Assembly: GCA_963849745.1 (NCBI GenBank)
Contig: CAWKIM010000014.1
Location: 147,304 to 171,303 of the forward strand
Source: an uncultured Rubrobacteraceae bacterium
Lineage (GTDB): Bacteria; Actinomycetota; Rubrobacteria; Rubrobacterales; Rubrobacteraceae
DNA: 24,000 nt
Direction: 5' to 3'
The stretch's first letter is position 1. The number at the start of each line of letters is the position of its first letter. Below the pieces are notes generated by a model. That model had not been told where the DNA came from, made no database searches, and saw only the letters and a list, made by a program, of their open reading frames with translations. A program made the translations under genes and the position numbers. This document shows positions 13,919-21,551 of this stretch, piece after piece.

Positions 13919-14488
13919 GTGAGCGAGGGACCGCCGCGGTACTCTATCTTCGACCTCGCCACCGCTGACGAGGAGACCATCAGGCAGGCGGCTAACCTCC
14001 TGGTCGAGGGATTCAGGGAAGACTGGCCCGGTGCCTGGCCGACGGAAGAAGAGGCTCTCCAGGAGATGCGGGGAGCCCTGGAGGAGGGCCGGATCTGCCG
14101 GGCAGCCCTGGAGGAGGACGGGACGCTTCTGGGTTGGATCGGTGGCATACCCGCCTACGACGGCAAGGTGTGGGAACTGCATCCGCTGGTAGTTCGCCCC
14201 GACTTTCAACGTAAAGGTATAGGCAGCGCGCTAGTCGTCGACCTGGAGGCCCGCGTCGCTGAGCGCGACGCCCTGACGCTCTGGCTCGGCACCGATGATG
14301 AAACGGGCATGACTACCCTCTCCGGCGTGGACCTCTACCCCGACGTCCTCGGACACCTGGCAAACATAGAGAATCTGCACGGGCACCCTTACGAGTTCTA
14401 CCTCGAACTGGGCTTCTCCATAATCGGCGCGATGCCGGACGCCAACGGCTGGGGCAAGCCCGACATCTACATGGCCAAGCGTTGCTGA
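13919..14488 (+). CDS. GNAT family N-acetyltransferase with AAC(6')-I-like motifs
   Basis: WELHPLVVRPDFQRKGIGSALV is acetyl-CoA motif A. LGTDDETGMTTLSGVDLY...NLHGHPYEFYLELGFSIIGAMPDANGWGKPDIYMAKR closely resembles what I recall of type I aminoglycoside 6'-N-acetyltransferases. The track start at 13859 lies inside the IS left end, so I prefer GTG 13919. Confidence 0.75.
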   Translation: MSEGPPRYSIFDLATADEETIRQAANLLVEGFREDWPGAWPTEEEALQEMRGALEEGRICRAALEEDGTLLGWIGGIPAYDGKVWELHPLVVRPDFQRKGIGSALVVDLEARVAERDALTLWLGTDDETGMTTLSGVDLYPDVLGHLANIENLHGHPYEFYLELGFSIIGAMPDANGWGKPDIYMAKRC

Positions 14489-14556
14489 AATCAAGGTTTC
14501 ATACGTCAGACGGTAGATCGCTTCCGGTAGTAGGTGCAGAGCGCTCTCCGCGATGG

Positions 14557-14576
14557 ATTCCCGCATTCGCGGGAAT
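14557..14576. repeat. Perfect palindrome ATTCCCGC-ATTC-GCGGGAAT (REP-like, ATTCCC-N8-GGGAAT form)
   Basis: 8-bp stem with a 4-nt loop, read directly. The form matches the ATTCCC-N8-GGGAAT class of small palindromic repeats known from other bacteria. Only one copy is present in this window. Confidence 0.5.
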
Positions 14577-14656
14577 GACAGCTAAGCTGGGAGCACCGCA
14601 GTAGGAATCGCGCCTACCAGGAGGTTGCACAACGCGGAACAGCTCCTGCGGATTCC

Positions 14657-14676
14657 GTATCAGGTTTCAGGACCAG
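14657..14676 (+). repeat. Heptanucleotide repeat, site B (GTATCAG GTTTCAG GACCAG)
   Basis: Two clean units and one decayed unit. The site lies in the convergent spacer between the GNAT and Fe-S carrier genes. Confidence 0.6.
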
Positions 14677-14721
14677 GAAGCGAAGTTTACCGTCTTGATG
14701 GTTCGATGGGCAGGATTGTTC

Positions 14722-14763
14722 TGTAGGGCAAAGAAAGAGCCCGGAACTTCGTGCTCCGGGCTC
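14722..14763 (-). terminator. Rho-independent terminator of the Fe-S carrier gene
   Basis: Perfect 9-bp stem GAGCCCGGA (14737-14745) / TCCGGGCTC (14755-14763) with a 9-nt loop. On the minus strand it is followed by TTTCTTTG. It lies 25 nt after the stop at 14788. Confidence 0.7.
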
Positions 14764-14787
14764 CCTGTTTCTCCATGAGCTCGCGGT

Positions 14788-15132
14788 CTAGCAGGTGAAA
14801 GAGCTGCCGCAGCCGCAGCCGCCCTGGACGTTGGGGTTGTTGACGGCGAAACCGGCGCCCATGAGGCCGTCTACGTAGTCGAACTCCGAGCCCATGATGT
14901 AAGGAACGCTCATGGCGTCGATGAGCATCCTGACGCCCTTGGCCTCGAAGACCTCGTCGTCGTCGGCGATCTCGTCGTCGAAGTAGATGCTGTACTGGAA
15001 ACCGGAGCAGCCTCCTGGCCTCACGCCGATGCGCAGCGCGAGGTCTTCCTCGCCTTCCTGGGCCATGAGGGTCTTGACCTTCTCGGCGGCGTTGTCGGTG
15101 ATGTTGACTATGGTCGCTTGCTTCTGCTCCAT
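14788..15132 (-). CDS. Iron-sulfur cluster insertion/assembly A-type carrier (HesB/IscA/ErpA family)
   Basis: Family motifs LRIGVRPGGCSGFQY and the C-terminal GCGCGSSFTC are present. The track ORF starts at 15234. ATG 15132 lies 5 nt after GGAGG and gives the normal length of about 114 aa. Confidence 0.9.
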   Translation of the reverse strand: MEQKQATIVNITDNAAEKVKTLMAQEGEEDLALRIGVRPGGCSGFQYSIYFDDEIADDDEVFEAKGVRMLIDAMSVPYIMGSEFDYVDGLMGAGFAVNNPNVQGGCGCGSSFTC

Positions 15133-15171
15133 CAGCACCTCCCGTGCTGTAGTCTGCTTTTGGTTACGCAA

Positions 15172-15200
15172 ATTATTACACCCCCTACCGTATACTTCAA
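15172..15200 (-). promoter_or_regulatory. Candidate sigma-A-type promoter for the Fe-S carrier gene
   Basis: On the minus strand TTGAAG (complement of 15195-15200, overlapping the transglutaminase stop) is followed by a 16-nt spacer and then TAATAA(T) (complement of 15172-15178). Confidence 0.45.
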
Positions 15201-17449
15201 CGCCGCTTTCGCAAGGTCCAATGAAGCCTTCCACGCACCACCTTGTCGAGGCGCGCCCTCCTGGCCGAGATGTACTTCCTCGACCTGGCGAGCAGCGACG
15301 ATGGGTTGACGGCTCCGAGCACCCTTCTCCAGCGCGGCAGGCGCTCGTAGGCTCGCATGGCGTCCCGGTAAGCGGAGACTACATGATCCCTTCCACCGTC
15401 CGCGGAGTAGAGGTGATCCGAGTAGGTCAGGGCGAATCTGCGCATCGGTGCCTCCTCCACGCCTGCGGCTCCGGCGAGGAGAAGTACCCGCTCGGTGGGG
15501 GTCAGCGCGGGCGAATCGGCCACGATGCTCCTGTTCGGCGGCAGCACGTCGCGCAGCCTGCCTATGAGGTCCCTGTAGAGATCCTCGGGCCTGCCGCGGG
15601 CGAGGAGCATCCTCTTGGAGGCCGGTACGGCAGCCACGATCAGAGGGGGCACGAGAACGAACAGAGGCCACACAGGAATGGTGTTCTCCCCGGAGCGGCC
15701 CGTGGTGGCACCTTGATCTACTTGGTCCTGGTTCCGCTGCCTGGACTGCTGCTGCGCCCTGTTTTGCGCGAGCTGGCTCCTGTCCTGGCTGTTCTCGGCG
15801 GCCTGTATCCCGCTGGCCAGCGGAAGCTCGGGCCGCGGGGCGTTGGCCTCCATCGCGTCCGGCATGGAGAAACCCGGCGTCGGGTTGAAAGGGTACCAGC
15901 CGACACCGGGGAAGTAGGCCTCTACCCAGGTGTGCATGTTGCTTCCCCTTACCAGGTATTCTCCCTGGCTCACCTCTTCGCCAGAGGTGGACCCGTAGAC
16001 GACCCGCGAGGGCACGTTCATGTCGCGCAGGAGGAGGGCCATAGAGGTCGAGAACTGGGTACAGAAGCCTTCCTTGCCCTCACCCAGGAACTCCTCTACC
16101 GCCTTGTCCGCCCTGCGGTAGCTCACGTCGAGGTTGTAGGTAAATCCGCCGTCGTAGATCAGGTACTGTTCGATCGCGCGCGCCCTGTCGTAAGGCGTCG
16201 CGGGGTCGTATCGGCGTTGGATCTTCTGCGCCGTTTCGCTGACCACGGGCGGGGTGTCTTCGGGAAGCTGGAGGAACTTCTCCTCCACCGAGGACGGGTA
16301 GTCGCTGCCCGCGCCCCTGAGCTGCGCCCCGGTTGGCTGGGGGATCTCCGAGAACACCTCGTAGAAGTCGCCCTCTTCGAAGGGTTCGTCCGTCGACCAC
16401 GAGCCGTCGGAGTTCGGGCTCGCCCGATACTCGGAGGTACGCACTATCTTGTACCCACCGAAGACCAGGTCCGTCTGGGCGTTGAGAACCTGCACCCTCT
16501 GCAGCACGGGACGGGTCTCGACATCCGGCGCTATCTCCTCGCCGTCGTCGGCCGCCGGCTGCGTGGTGTCCGACCACCGGACGCCGTCGAAGTAATCCAT
16601 CGTTCCGCCGCGCCACAGGAGCGGCTTGGAGCTTCGGATGCGCAGGAGCTCGGCCTCTCTCCCGGCCGTAAGGTAATCTCCCACATCGGCCTGTACGCCG
16701 AGCCTGGAGGTACCGCCCGTCCCTATGCGCGTCCAATCTATCAGTCCGGCGCTGACCGTCTCGTCGGATAAGGGCATCCTCGGCACGAGGAGCACCAGCG
16801 CGACCACGACAGCCCCTGCCACGACAGCAGGACGGCCGGGACCATCCGGTCCTGTCACGCCCGTGGAGAGAAAGAGTCCCACGGCGCAGACCAGGAAAAC
16901 GGCGAAGAAAGGCCCCGCCCCATCCTCGAAGCTGATGGTCGAGAGAACACCTATGGTCAGTCCCAGAACGGCCACGGAGATAACGGGGCTCTCCTCGTAG
17001 AGGGTGGCGGAGGTTGCGAAGGCCACCAGGATCATGACCAGGGGTACGAGCACTACGAAGAGTCCTGGGGCGAGATCGTAGGGTACGGGCTGGACGTACA
17101 TGGTGTTCGCCGCACCGTAGACATCGCCCCCTATGATCCTGAATGACCCCTGCCAGTCCGAGACCGAGAAGAGATCCGTGCCGTACACCGCGACCACCGT
17201 ATACGCCGCTATGGCAGGGAGGAGAAGCACGAACCGCCACCTGCCCGCCGAGCCGACGAGCGCCGCTACGGCCGCAGCGAAGAGCATGGGCAACAAGGCC
17301 TTGTGCCCGGCCATGACCGTGACCACGGAGAGCGCGCCGAAACCCCCATCGGCACCGTCGTAAGTCTCGCCCGTGAACAGGACGCTGAAGGCGCTGCCCG
17401 TCGCGAGCGCCGCGCCGTAGAGCCACAATCTCGTCGCCAATCCGTTCAT
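15197..17449 (-). CDS. Transglutaminase-like membrane protein (TgpA-type: polytopic N-terminal domain, transglutaminase core, C-terminal DUF4129-like region)
   Basis: The N-terminal 230 aa are multi-TM. The core contains GFCTQFSTSMALLLRDMNVPSRVVYG (catalytic Cys) and HTWVEAYFPGVGWYPFNPTP (His/Asp region). The start overlaps the DUF58 stop as ATGA (17446-17449). Confidence 0.85.
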   Translation of the reverse strand: MNGLATRLWLYGAALATGSAFSVLFTGETYDGADGGFGALSVVTVMAGHKALLPMLFAAAVAALVGSAGRWRFVLLLPAIAAYTVVAVYGTDLFSVSDWQGSFRIIGGDVYGAANTMYVQPVPYDLAPGLFVVLVPLVMILVAFATSATLYEESPVISVAVLGLTIGVLSTISFEDGAGPFFAVFLVCAVGLFLSTGVTGPDGPGRPAVVAGAVVVALVLLVPRMPLSDETVSAGLIDWTRIGTGGTSRLGVQADVGDYLTAGREAELLRIRSSKPLLWRGGTMDYFDGVRWSDTTQPAADDGEEIAPDVETRPVLQRVQVLNAQTDLVFGGYKIVRTSEYRASPNSDGSWSTDEPFEEGDFYEVFSEIPQPTGAQLRGAGSDYPSSVEEKFLQLPEDTPPVVSETAQKIQRRYDPATPYDRARAIEQYLIYDGGFTYNLDVSYRRADKAVEEFLGEGKEGFCTQFSTSMALLLRDMNVPSRVVYGSTSGEEVSQGEYLVRGSNMHTWVEAYFPGVGWYPFNPTPGFSMPDAMEANAPRPELPLASGIQAAENSQDRSQLAQNRAQQQSRQRNQDQVDQGATTGRSGENTIPVWPLFVLVPPLIVAAVPASKRMLLARGRPEDLYRDLIGRLRDVLPPNRSIVADSPALTPTERVLLLAGAAGVEEAPMRRFALTYSDHLYSADGGRDHVVSAYRDAMRAYERLPRWRRVLGAVNPSSLLARSRKYISARRARLDKVVRGRLHWTLRKRR

Positions 17450-18693
17450 CGCACGGCCTCGACCCCCCTGGAGCCCGAGAGTCCCGCCACCCCCGCAGGG
17501 TGGCTAACGACGCGCACCGTGGCCCCGGCCGCTTCCATGGTGCCCACGCTCCTGAGAAACTCCGCCTCACGGCCCTGTGCGGCGCTCCCCGGCACAGGGG
17601 GCGTCCTGTAGGTGTGGGTGGCGAGGGCGACCACGATCACAAAGAGACCGGCCTCCCTGAGCTTACGGACGCAATGCGGCAACTCGTCGTCGCGGGTGCG
17701 CGAGACGAGGACTACGCCCTCCCCTAGTCCCCCCCGCTCCCCGAGCACGGTCTCTCCCAGGTAACGGCTCCCATCGGCGCGCGCCGTCGCGAGGCGCCTC
17801 ATCGCCCCCCAGTAGGAATCATCGTCGGATCCAAAACCGGTGTCTGTGCCACTACTGCCGGTATCGAGCAGCCTGAAAGGCAGCCCCTCCCCGGCAAGGT
17901 GCGTGAGAACCGAGGCCGCCACCGAGACGGCGTCCTCGATCTCGTTCTCCTGGCTCCTCAGCCCCTCCCTACGCAGATCCAGGGCCACTGTGTGGCGCCT
18001 CGGGGCCTGCAGGGAGAACTCCTTGACGAAAAGCTCCCCTGTGCGTGCCAGACTCTTCCAGTGGATGTGACGCCTGTCGTCGCCCCTACGGTACTCCCTC
18101 AGGTTCGCGAACTCCTCGCCCCGCCGGCCGCGGGACCCCGTGGTGCCGGCCTCCACGTTCCCGCCCCGCAAGGGAAAGCCCCGAAGTTCGTAGACCTGCG
18201 GGTAGACGACCACCTCGGTCGTCTCCCGGTCCCTCCTGGCGAACCGGAGTAATCCGAAGGGGTCCGCCACCCTGACCTCTGCGGGGCCCAGCGTGTAGAC
18301 GCCCCTGCGCGCGAAGGTTAGGGGGACCTCGATCCTGCTCCTCTCCCTCGTCGCCGAAAAATCGAAGCTGCGCGGTCCGGGGAGCCGGTCGACCACACTC
18401 GCCTTCGGCGCGCCGAACCGCGAGCGCTCCAGCAGAAGCCGTAACTGCGCGGGGCTGCCGGCCGTGATACGGATACCGGGAGGCAGTGCGCGCGAGTAAC
18501 GGAGACCCCTGGTACCAACCACCCCGAGGACGAGGGATGCGAGCGTCAGGGCCAGGAGCGCGTAAGCAAGCTGGTGGAACTGGGTGGTGCCGATAAGACG
18601 CGCCACGACCAACGTGACGACGCCGGCAAAGAGCGCCTGCCAGCCGCGGGCCGTGGGCCTTACGGAGAGCCGCGAGGCACCCCTCCCGGGCAA
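17446..18693 (-). CDS. DUF58 domain protein (vWA-like partner of MoxR)
   Basis: Two N-terminal TM helices. The hallmark REYRRGDDRRHIHWKSLARTGELFVKEF is present. TTG start at 18693 lies 6 nt after the moxR stop. Confidence 0.85.
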   Translation of the reverse strand: MPGRGASRLSVRPTARGWQALFAGVVTLVVARLIGTTQFHQLAYALLALTLASLVLGVVGTRGLRYSRALPPGIRITAGSPAQLRLLLERSRFGAPKASVVDRLPGPRSFDFSATRERSRIEVPLTFARRGVYTLGPAEVRVADPFGLLRFARRDRETTEVVVYPQVYELRGFPLRGGNVEAGTTGSRGRRGEEFANLREYRRGDDRRHIHWKSLARTGELFVKEFSLQAPRRHTVALDLRREGLRSQENEIEDAVSVAASVLTHLAGEGLPFRLLDTGSSGTDTGFGSDDDSYWGAMRRLATARADGSRYLGETVLGERGGLGEGVVLVSRTRDDELPHCVRKLREAGLFVIVVALATHTYRTPPVPGSAAQGREAEFLRSVGTMEAAGATVRVVSHPAGVAGLSGSRGVEAVR

Positions 18694-18699
18694 GTGCCC

Positions 18700-19698
18700 T
18701 TACACCGCCTCGGTCACCGGGACCGAGCGCAGGATATCCTGCACGATCTCACGGGTGGCGTTGTCGGGCCCGATGCCGTCCTCGGAGCTGGTGGCCGAGG
18801 GTATGATCCTGTGCGAGAGCACGCTGGATGCCATCGCCTTGACGTCGTCGGGCGCGCAGTAGGAGCGCCCGTTCGCCGCCGCCCGAGCCCGCGAGGCGGC
18901 CAGTAGCATCCTGCTCGCCCGTGGGGAGGCGCCGAGATAGACGTCCTCGCGTTCCCGGGTCGCCGAGGTCACGGAGACGACGTACCTGAGTACGGCCTCG
19001 CTCGTATAGATATCCTCGACGAGCCTGCGCATCTCCAGAAACTCCTCGACCCCGACCACGGGAGCAAGGTCGGCGACGGGGTCCTGGGAGAGCTTGAGCA
19101 TCTCGGTCTCCGCGTCCTCATCGGGGTAGCCGACCTGCATCTTGATCATGAACCGGTCGAGCTCCGCGTGCGGCAGCGGATAGGTACCTTCGTGCTCGAC
19201 GGGGTTCTGGGTGGCCACCACGCAGAAGGGCTGCGAGAGGTGACGCGTCACCCCGTCCACCGTGACCGAGCCCTCCTCCATCGCCTCCAAGAGCGCGCTC
19301 TGGGTCTTGGGGCTGGCGCGGTTGATCTCATCCGCGAGCACCACGTTCGCGAAGACGGGCCCTGCCCAGAACTCGAAATCCCCCTCGCCCTGGTTGTAGA
19401 CGTTGAGACCCGTCACGTCGGCCGGCAAGAGATCGGGAGTGAACTGTATCCTGCGAAACTCGGCCCTCAGCGAACGGGCGAGCGACTTCGCCAGAAGCGT
19501 CTTGCCCACACCGGGTACATCCTCTATGAGAACATGCCCGCCCGCAAGCATGGCCACCACGGCCAGGAAGACACCATCGCGCTTGCCAGATACAGCAAGC
19601 TCGACGTTCCCGACTATGCGTTCTACCCTCTCCGCGAAATCGTTGTGGTCCAAAGAAATCCCGTCTATGTTCGGTGGACGGAGGGAATTATATCTCAT
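18700..19698 (-). CDS. moxR: MoxR-family AAA+ ATPase
   Basis: Walker A is GHVLIEDVPGVGKTLLAKSLA and Walker B is NVVLADEINRASPKTQSALLEAMEE. The length and C-terminal lid are typical. No SD precedes the ATG; the heptamer array abuts it. Confidence 0.95.
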   Translation of the reverse strand: MRYNSLRPPNIDGISLDHNDFAERVERIVGNVELAVSGKRDGVFLAVVAMLAGGHVLIEDVPGVGKTLLAKSLARSLRAEFRRIQFTPDLLPADVTGLNVYNQGEGDFEFWAGPVFANVVLADEINRASPKTQSALLEAMEEGSVTVDGVTRHLSQPFCVVATQNPVEHEGTYPLPHAELDRFMIKMQVGYPDEDAETEMLKLSQDPVADLAPVVGVEEFLEMRRLVEDIYTSEAVLRYVVSVTSATREREDVYLGASPRASRMLLAASRARAAANGRSYCAPDDVKAMASSVLSHRIIPSATSSEDGIGPDNATREIVQDILRSVPVTEAV

Positions 19699-19700
19699 AG

Positions 19701-19735
19701 GTATCAGGTATCAGGCTTCAGGCTTCAGGTTTCCG
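19701..19735 (+). repeat. Heptanucleotide repeat array, site C (GTATCAG x2, GCTTCAG x2, GTTTCCG)
   Basis: Five consecutive 7-nt units read directly. On the minus strand they read ...CCTGAAGCCTGAAGCCTGATACCTGATACCT and run straight into the moxR ATG. Confidence 0.85.
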
Positions 19736-19826
19736 CTCGGCGGCTCGTGATTCTGCATTGGCCCGAACGATCAAAGCACGTCCCAACCGCAACGCTGCGT
19801 CATCGTCACGGAGCTAGGCCGACAAT

Positions 19827-19863
19827 TCCTGATACCTGAAGCCTAGGAAGCCGTAAGGCTTCC
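19827..19863 (+). repeat. Heptanucleotide repeat site D (TCCTGAT ACCTGAA GCCTAGG) fused to a 7-bp hairpin GGAAGCC-GTAA-GGCTTCC
   Basis: Inverted relative to site C. The hairpin (19846-19863) covers the last codons and the stop of the HNH gene. Confidence 0.7.
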
Positions 19864-20385
19864 TCCGTAGAATTGATCTACGTAGCGGCGCTGGACTTCG
19901 TTGAGGTCGCGCGAGTACCACACCATAACCACGTAGCGCGGTTCTTTCGGCGTGCTCTTGGGGTACATGCCGCATTCCATGGGCAGGCGGTTGCCCTTCC
20001 TGGCGTTGCACTTGGTGCATGCGGTCACGACGTTGTCCCAGGTGTTCGCGCCGCCGCGAGAGAGCGGCTTGACGTGGTCGCGGGTGAGGCGGTCGCGGCG
20101 ACCGAGGGCGTTGCGGTGCCTCGAGCAGTACTGGCAACGGTAGTTATCGCGGGCGAAGAGGATCGCGTTCGTCACGTGCTTGCGCAGGCGGCGGGGTATC
20201 TCGACGTACTTGACGAGCCGGATCACGAGCGGGTAAGGGTACTCGGCCCTCTCGGAGCGGAACCGGCGGTCCAGGTTCGCCTCGACGATCTCGGCCTTTT
20301 CGGAGACGACGAGGACTATAGCCCTCTTGACCGTCACCAGGGCCACGGGCTCATAGCTCGCGTTGAGCGTCAAGCATCGTGCCAC
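19843..20385 (-). CDS. HNH endonuclease family protein
   Basis: CQYCSRHRNALGRRDRLTRDHVKPLSRGGANTWDNVVTACTKCNARKGNR is a complete HNH/zinc-ribbon motif (CxxC...DH...N...CxxCN). The N-terminal LTLNASYEPVALVTVKRAI is typical of the conserved 170-190-aa HNH family of high-GC Gram-positives. GTG start; TAATAT ends 6 nt upstream and there is no SD. Confidence 0.85.
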   Translation of the reverse strand: MARCLTLNASYEPVALVTVKRAIVLVVSEKAEIVEANLDRRFRSERAEYPYPLVIRLVKYVEIPRRLRKHVTNAILFARDNYRCQYCSRHRNALGRRDRLTRDHVKPLSRGGANTWDNVVTACTKCNARKGNRLPMECGMYPKSTPKEPRYVVMVWYSRDLNEVQRRYVDQFYGGSLTAS

Positions 20386-20434
20386 GCCGAAATATTAACA
20401 TAAGCCAGCAGCTCAGCATTTCAGCACGCTCGGG

Positions 20435-20463
20435 GCTTCAGCTTGTCAGCTTTTCGCTCTTCG
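20435..20463 (+). repeat. Degenerate heptanucleotide repeat, site E (GCTTCAG CTTGTCAG CTTTTCG CTCTTCG)
   Basis: Read directly. Looser ..TCAG units extend back to about 20404. The site lies between the DUF1611 stop and the HNH start. Confidence 0.55.
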
Positions 20464-20478
20464 CTGCGGTTCGTATTT

Positions 20479-20498
20479 GGACGGTTCGCGAACCGTCC
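20479..20498 (-). terminator. Perfect 20-nt palindrome GGACGGTTCG/CGAACCGTCC abutting the DUF1611 stop (I-shaped terminator candidate)
   Basis: The palindrome begins 1 nt after TAG (20499-20501). No U-tract follows on the minus strand, so it is non-canonical. Confidence 0.45.
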
Positions 20499-21551
20499 CT
20501 ACATGTTTCCCGAGGGTTTGCTCTTCGACGCTTCGAGCACTGCTTGGAGGATGGGGGCGGCAGATCCTCTGAAGGGGTCGGCGGTGGGGAGTCCTGTCTC
20601 GTCGGCAACGGCGGCGATGAGGTCATCGGCCTCCTCTTCGTCGAGACCTCTGGTGTTGAGGCTGACGGCGACTACGGGCGCCGGCTTGATGAGGGATGCG
20701 ACCTCCTCGTAGAGGCGGGACACGTGGGCGGGGGAAGGGCGAGGGACGTCCCTGAATACCTCCTCGTGCGGATCGCCCGCGCACAGGATCAGGCAGTCTG
20801 GGCACGAGCCGTGCATGAGGCCGAGCGTCACGCCCGAGTACGCCGGATGACCGAGGGAGCCCTGGCCCTCGACGAGGATTAGGTCGGGCGAGGTGCTGGC
20901 CGCCTCGAGCACCAGCTGTTCGGAGGCGCCCGCGACGAAATCCGAGACCACGGCGTCGACGCAGATGCCCCACCCAGCGATGATCACGCCGGTCTGTCCC
21001 GTGGGGACGAACTCGGGTGAGAGGCCGGCCTCCCTGGCGGAGCGCTCGATCTCCAGGGTCGCCGTCATCTTGCCGATGGCGCTGTCCGTCCCTACGGTGA
21101 GCGCGACCTTCGGCCCGACCTCGAAACCCTCCCCCGAGAAGAGCGGGATGCCCTCGGGCGGCTCGCGGACGTCCCAGACGGGCCTGCCGGGGAACTCGGG
21201 CGCGAGCCGCTGGTGGAGGCCGCTGACGATCTCGAGGCCGGCTTCCGCCGCAACGCGCAGGGTCTCCATCCACTCTTCCGGGAGCCTCCCGCCCGCGGGG
21301 GCGAGTCCGACCAGCACGGAGGTCGGCGAGAGCTCCAACGCCCCTTGGAGCGTCCCGACAATTGGCGCGTCACGCCCGAGGCCAGGCAAGACGCCGGCCA
21401 CGCGCTCCCCCGCAAGCGTCGAGTCCATAACACAGGCGACCTCGTCCTTGCCGTAGCGGATCAGGCCGTGCGCCGTCTTGGCGGAGCTGTCGGCGAACCG
21501 GCCCTCTGCCAGGATCGCGTACCGTCGCTCCGGAGCCGCGCTACGGATCAT
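20499..21551 (-). CDS. DUF1611 family protein (DgcN-like putative N-acetyltransferase)
   Basis: This is the C-terminal 350 aa of the 717-aa track ORF, starting at MIRSAAPERRYAILAEGRF. The ATG (21551) overlaps the upstream gene stop as ATGA. RYAILAEG...AKTAHGLIRY and VGTDSAIGKMTATLE (P-loop-like) are characteristic of DUF1611. Confidence 0.85.
   Translation of the reverse strand: MIRSAAPERRYAILAEGRFADSSAKTAHGLIRYGKDEVACVMDSTLAGERVAGVLPGLGRDAPIVGTLQGALELSPTSVLVGLAPAGGRLPEEWMETLRVAAEAGLEIVSGLHQRLAPEFPGRPVWDVREPPEGIPLFSGEGFEVGPKVALTVGTDSAIGKMTATLEIERSAREAGLSPEFVPTGQTGVIIAGWGICVDAVVSDFVAGASEQLVLEAASTSPDLILVEGQGSLGHPAYSGVTLGLMHGSCPDCLILCAGDPHEEVFRDVPRPSPAHVSRLYEEVASLIKPAPVVAVSLNTRGLDEEEADDLIAAVADETGLPTADPFRGSAAPILQAVLEASKSKPSGNM

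Noticed and set aside
14987-17570. Long ORFs 14987..16771 (+, 594 aa) and 16080..17570 (-, 496 aa)
   Set aside because: They are antisense or out of frame to the transglutaminase and DUF58 genes, which carry clear family motifs. The products are Arg/Gly/Pro-rich with no motifs, so they are high-GC artefacts.
5395-20470. Heptamer arrays as a CRISPR array
   Set aside because: The units are 7 nt, directly tandem, and have no spacers. No cas genes are present. This is not CRISPR.
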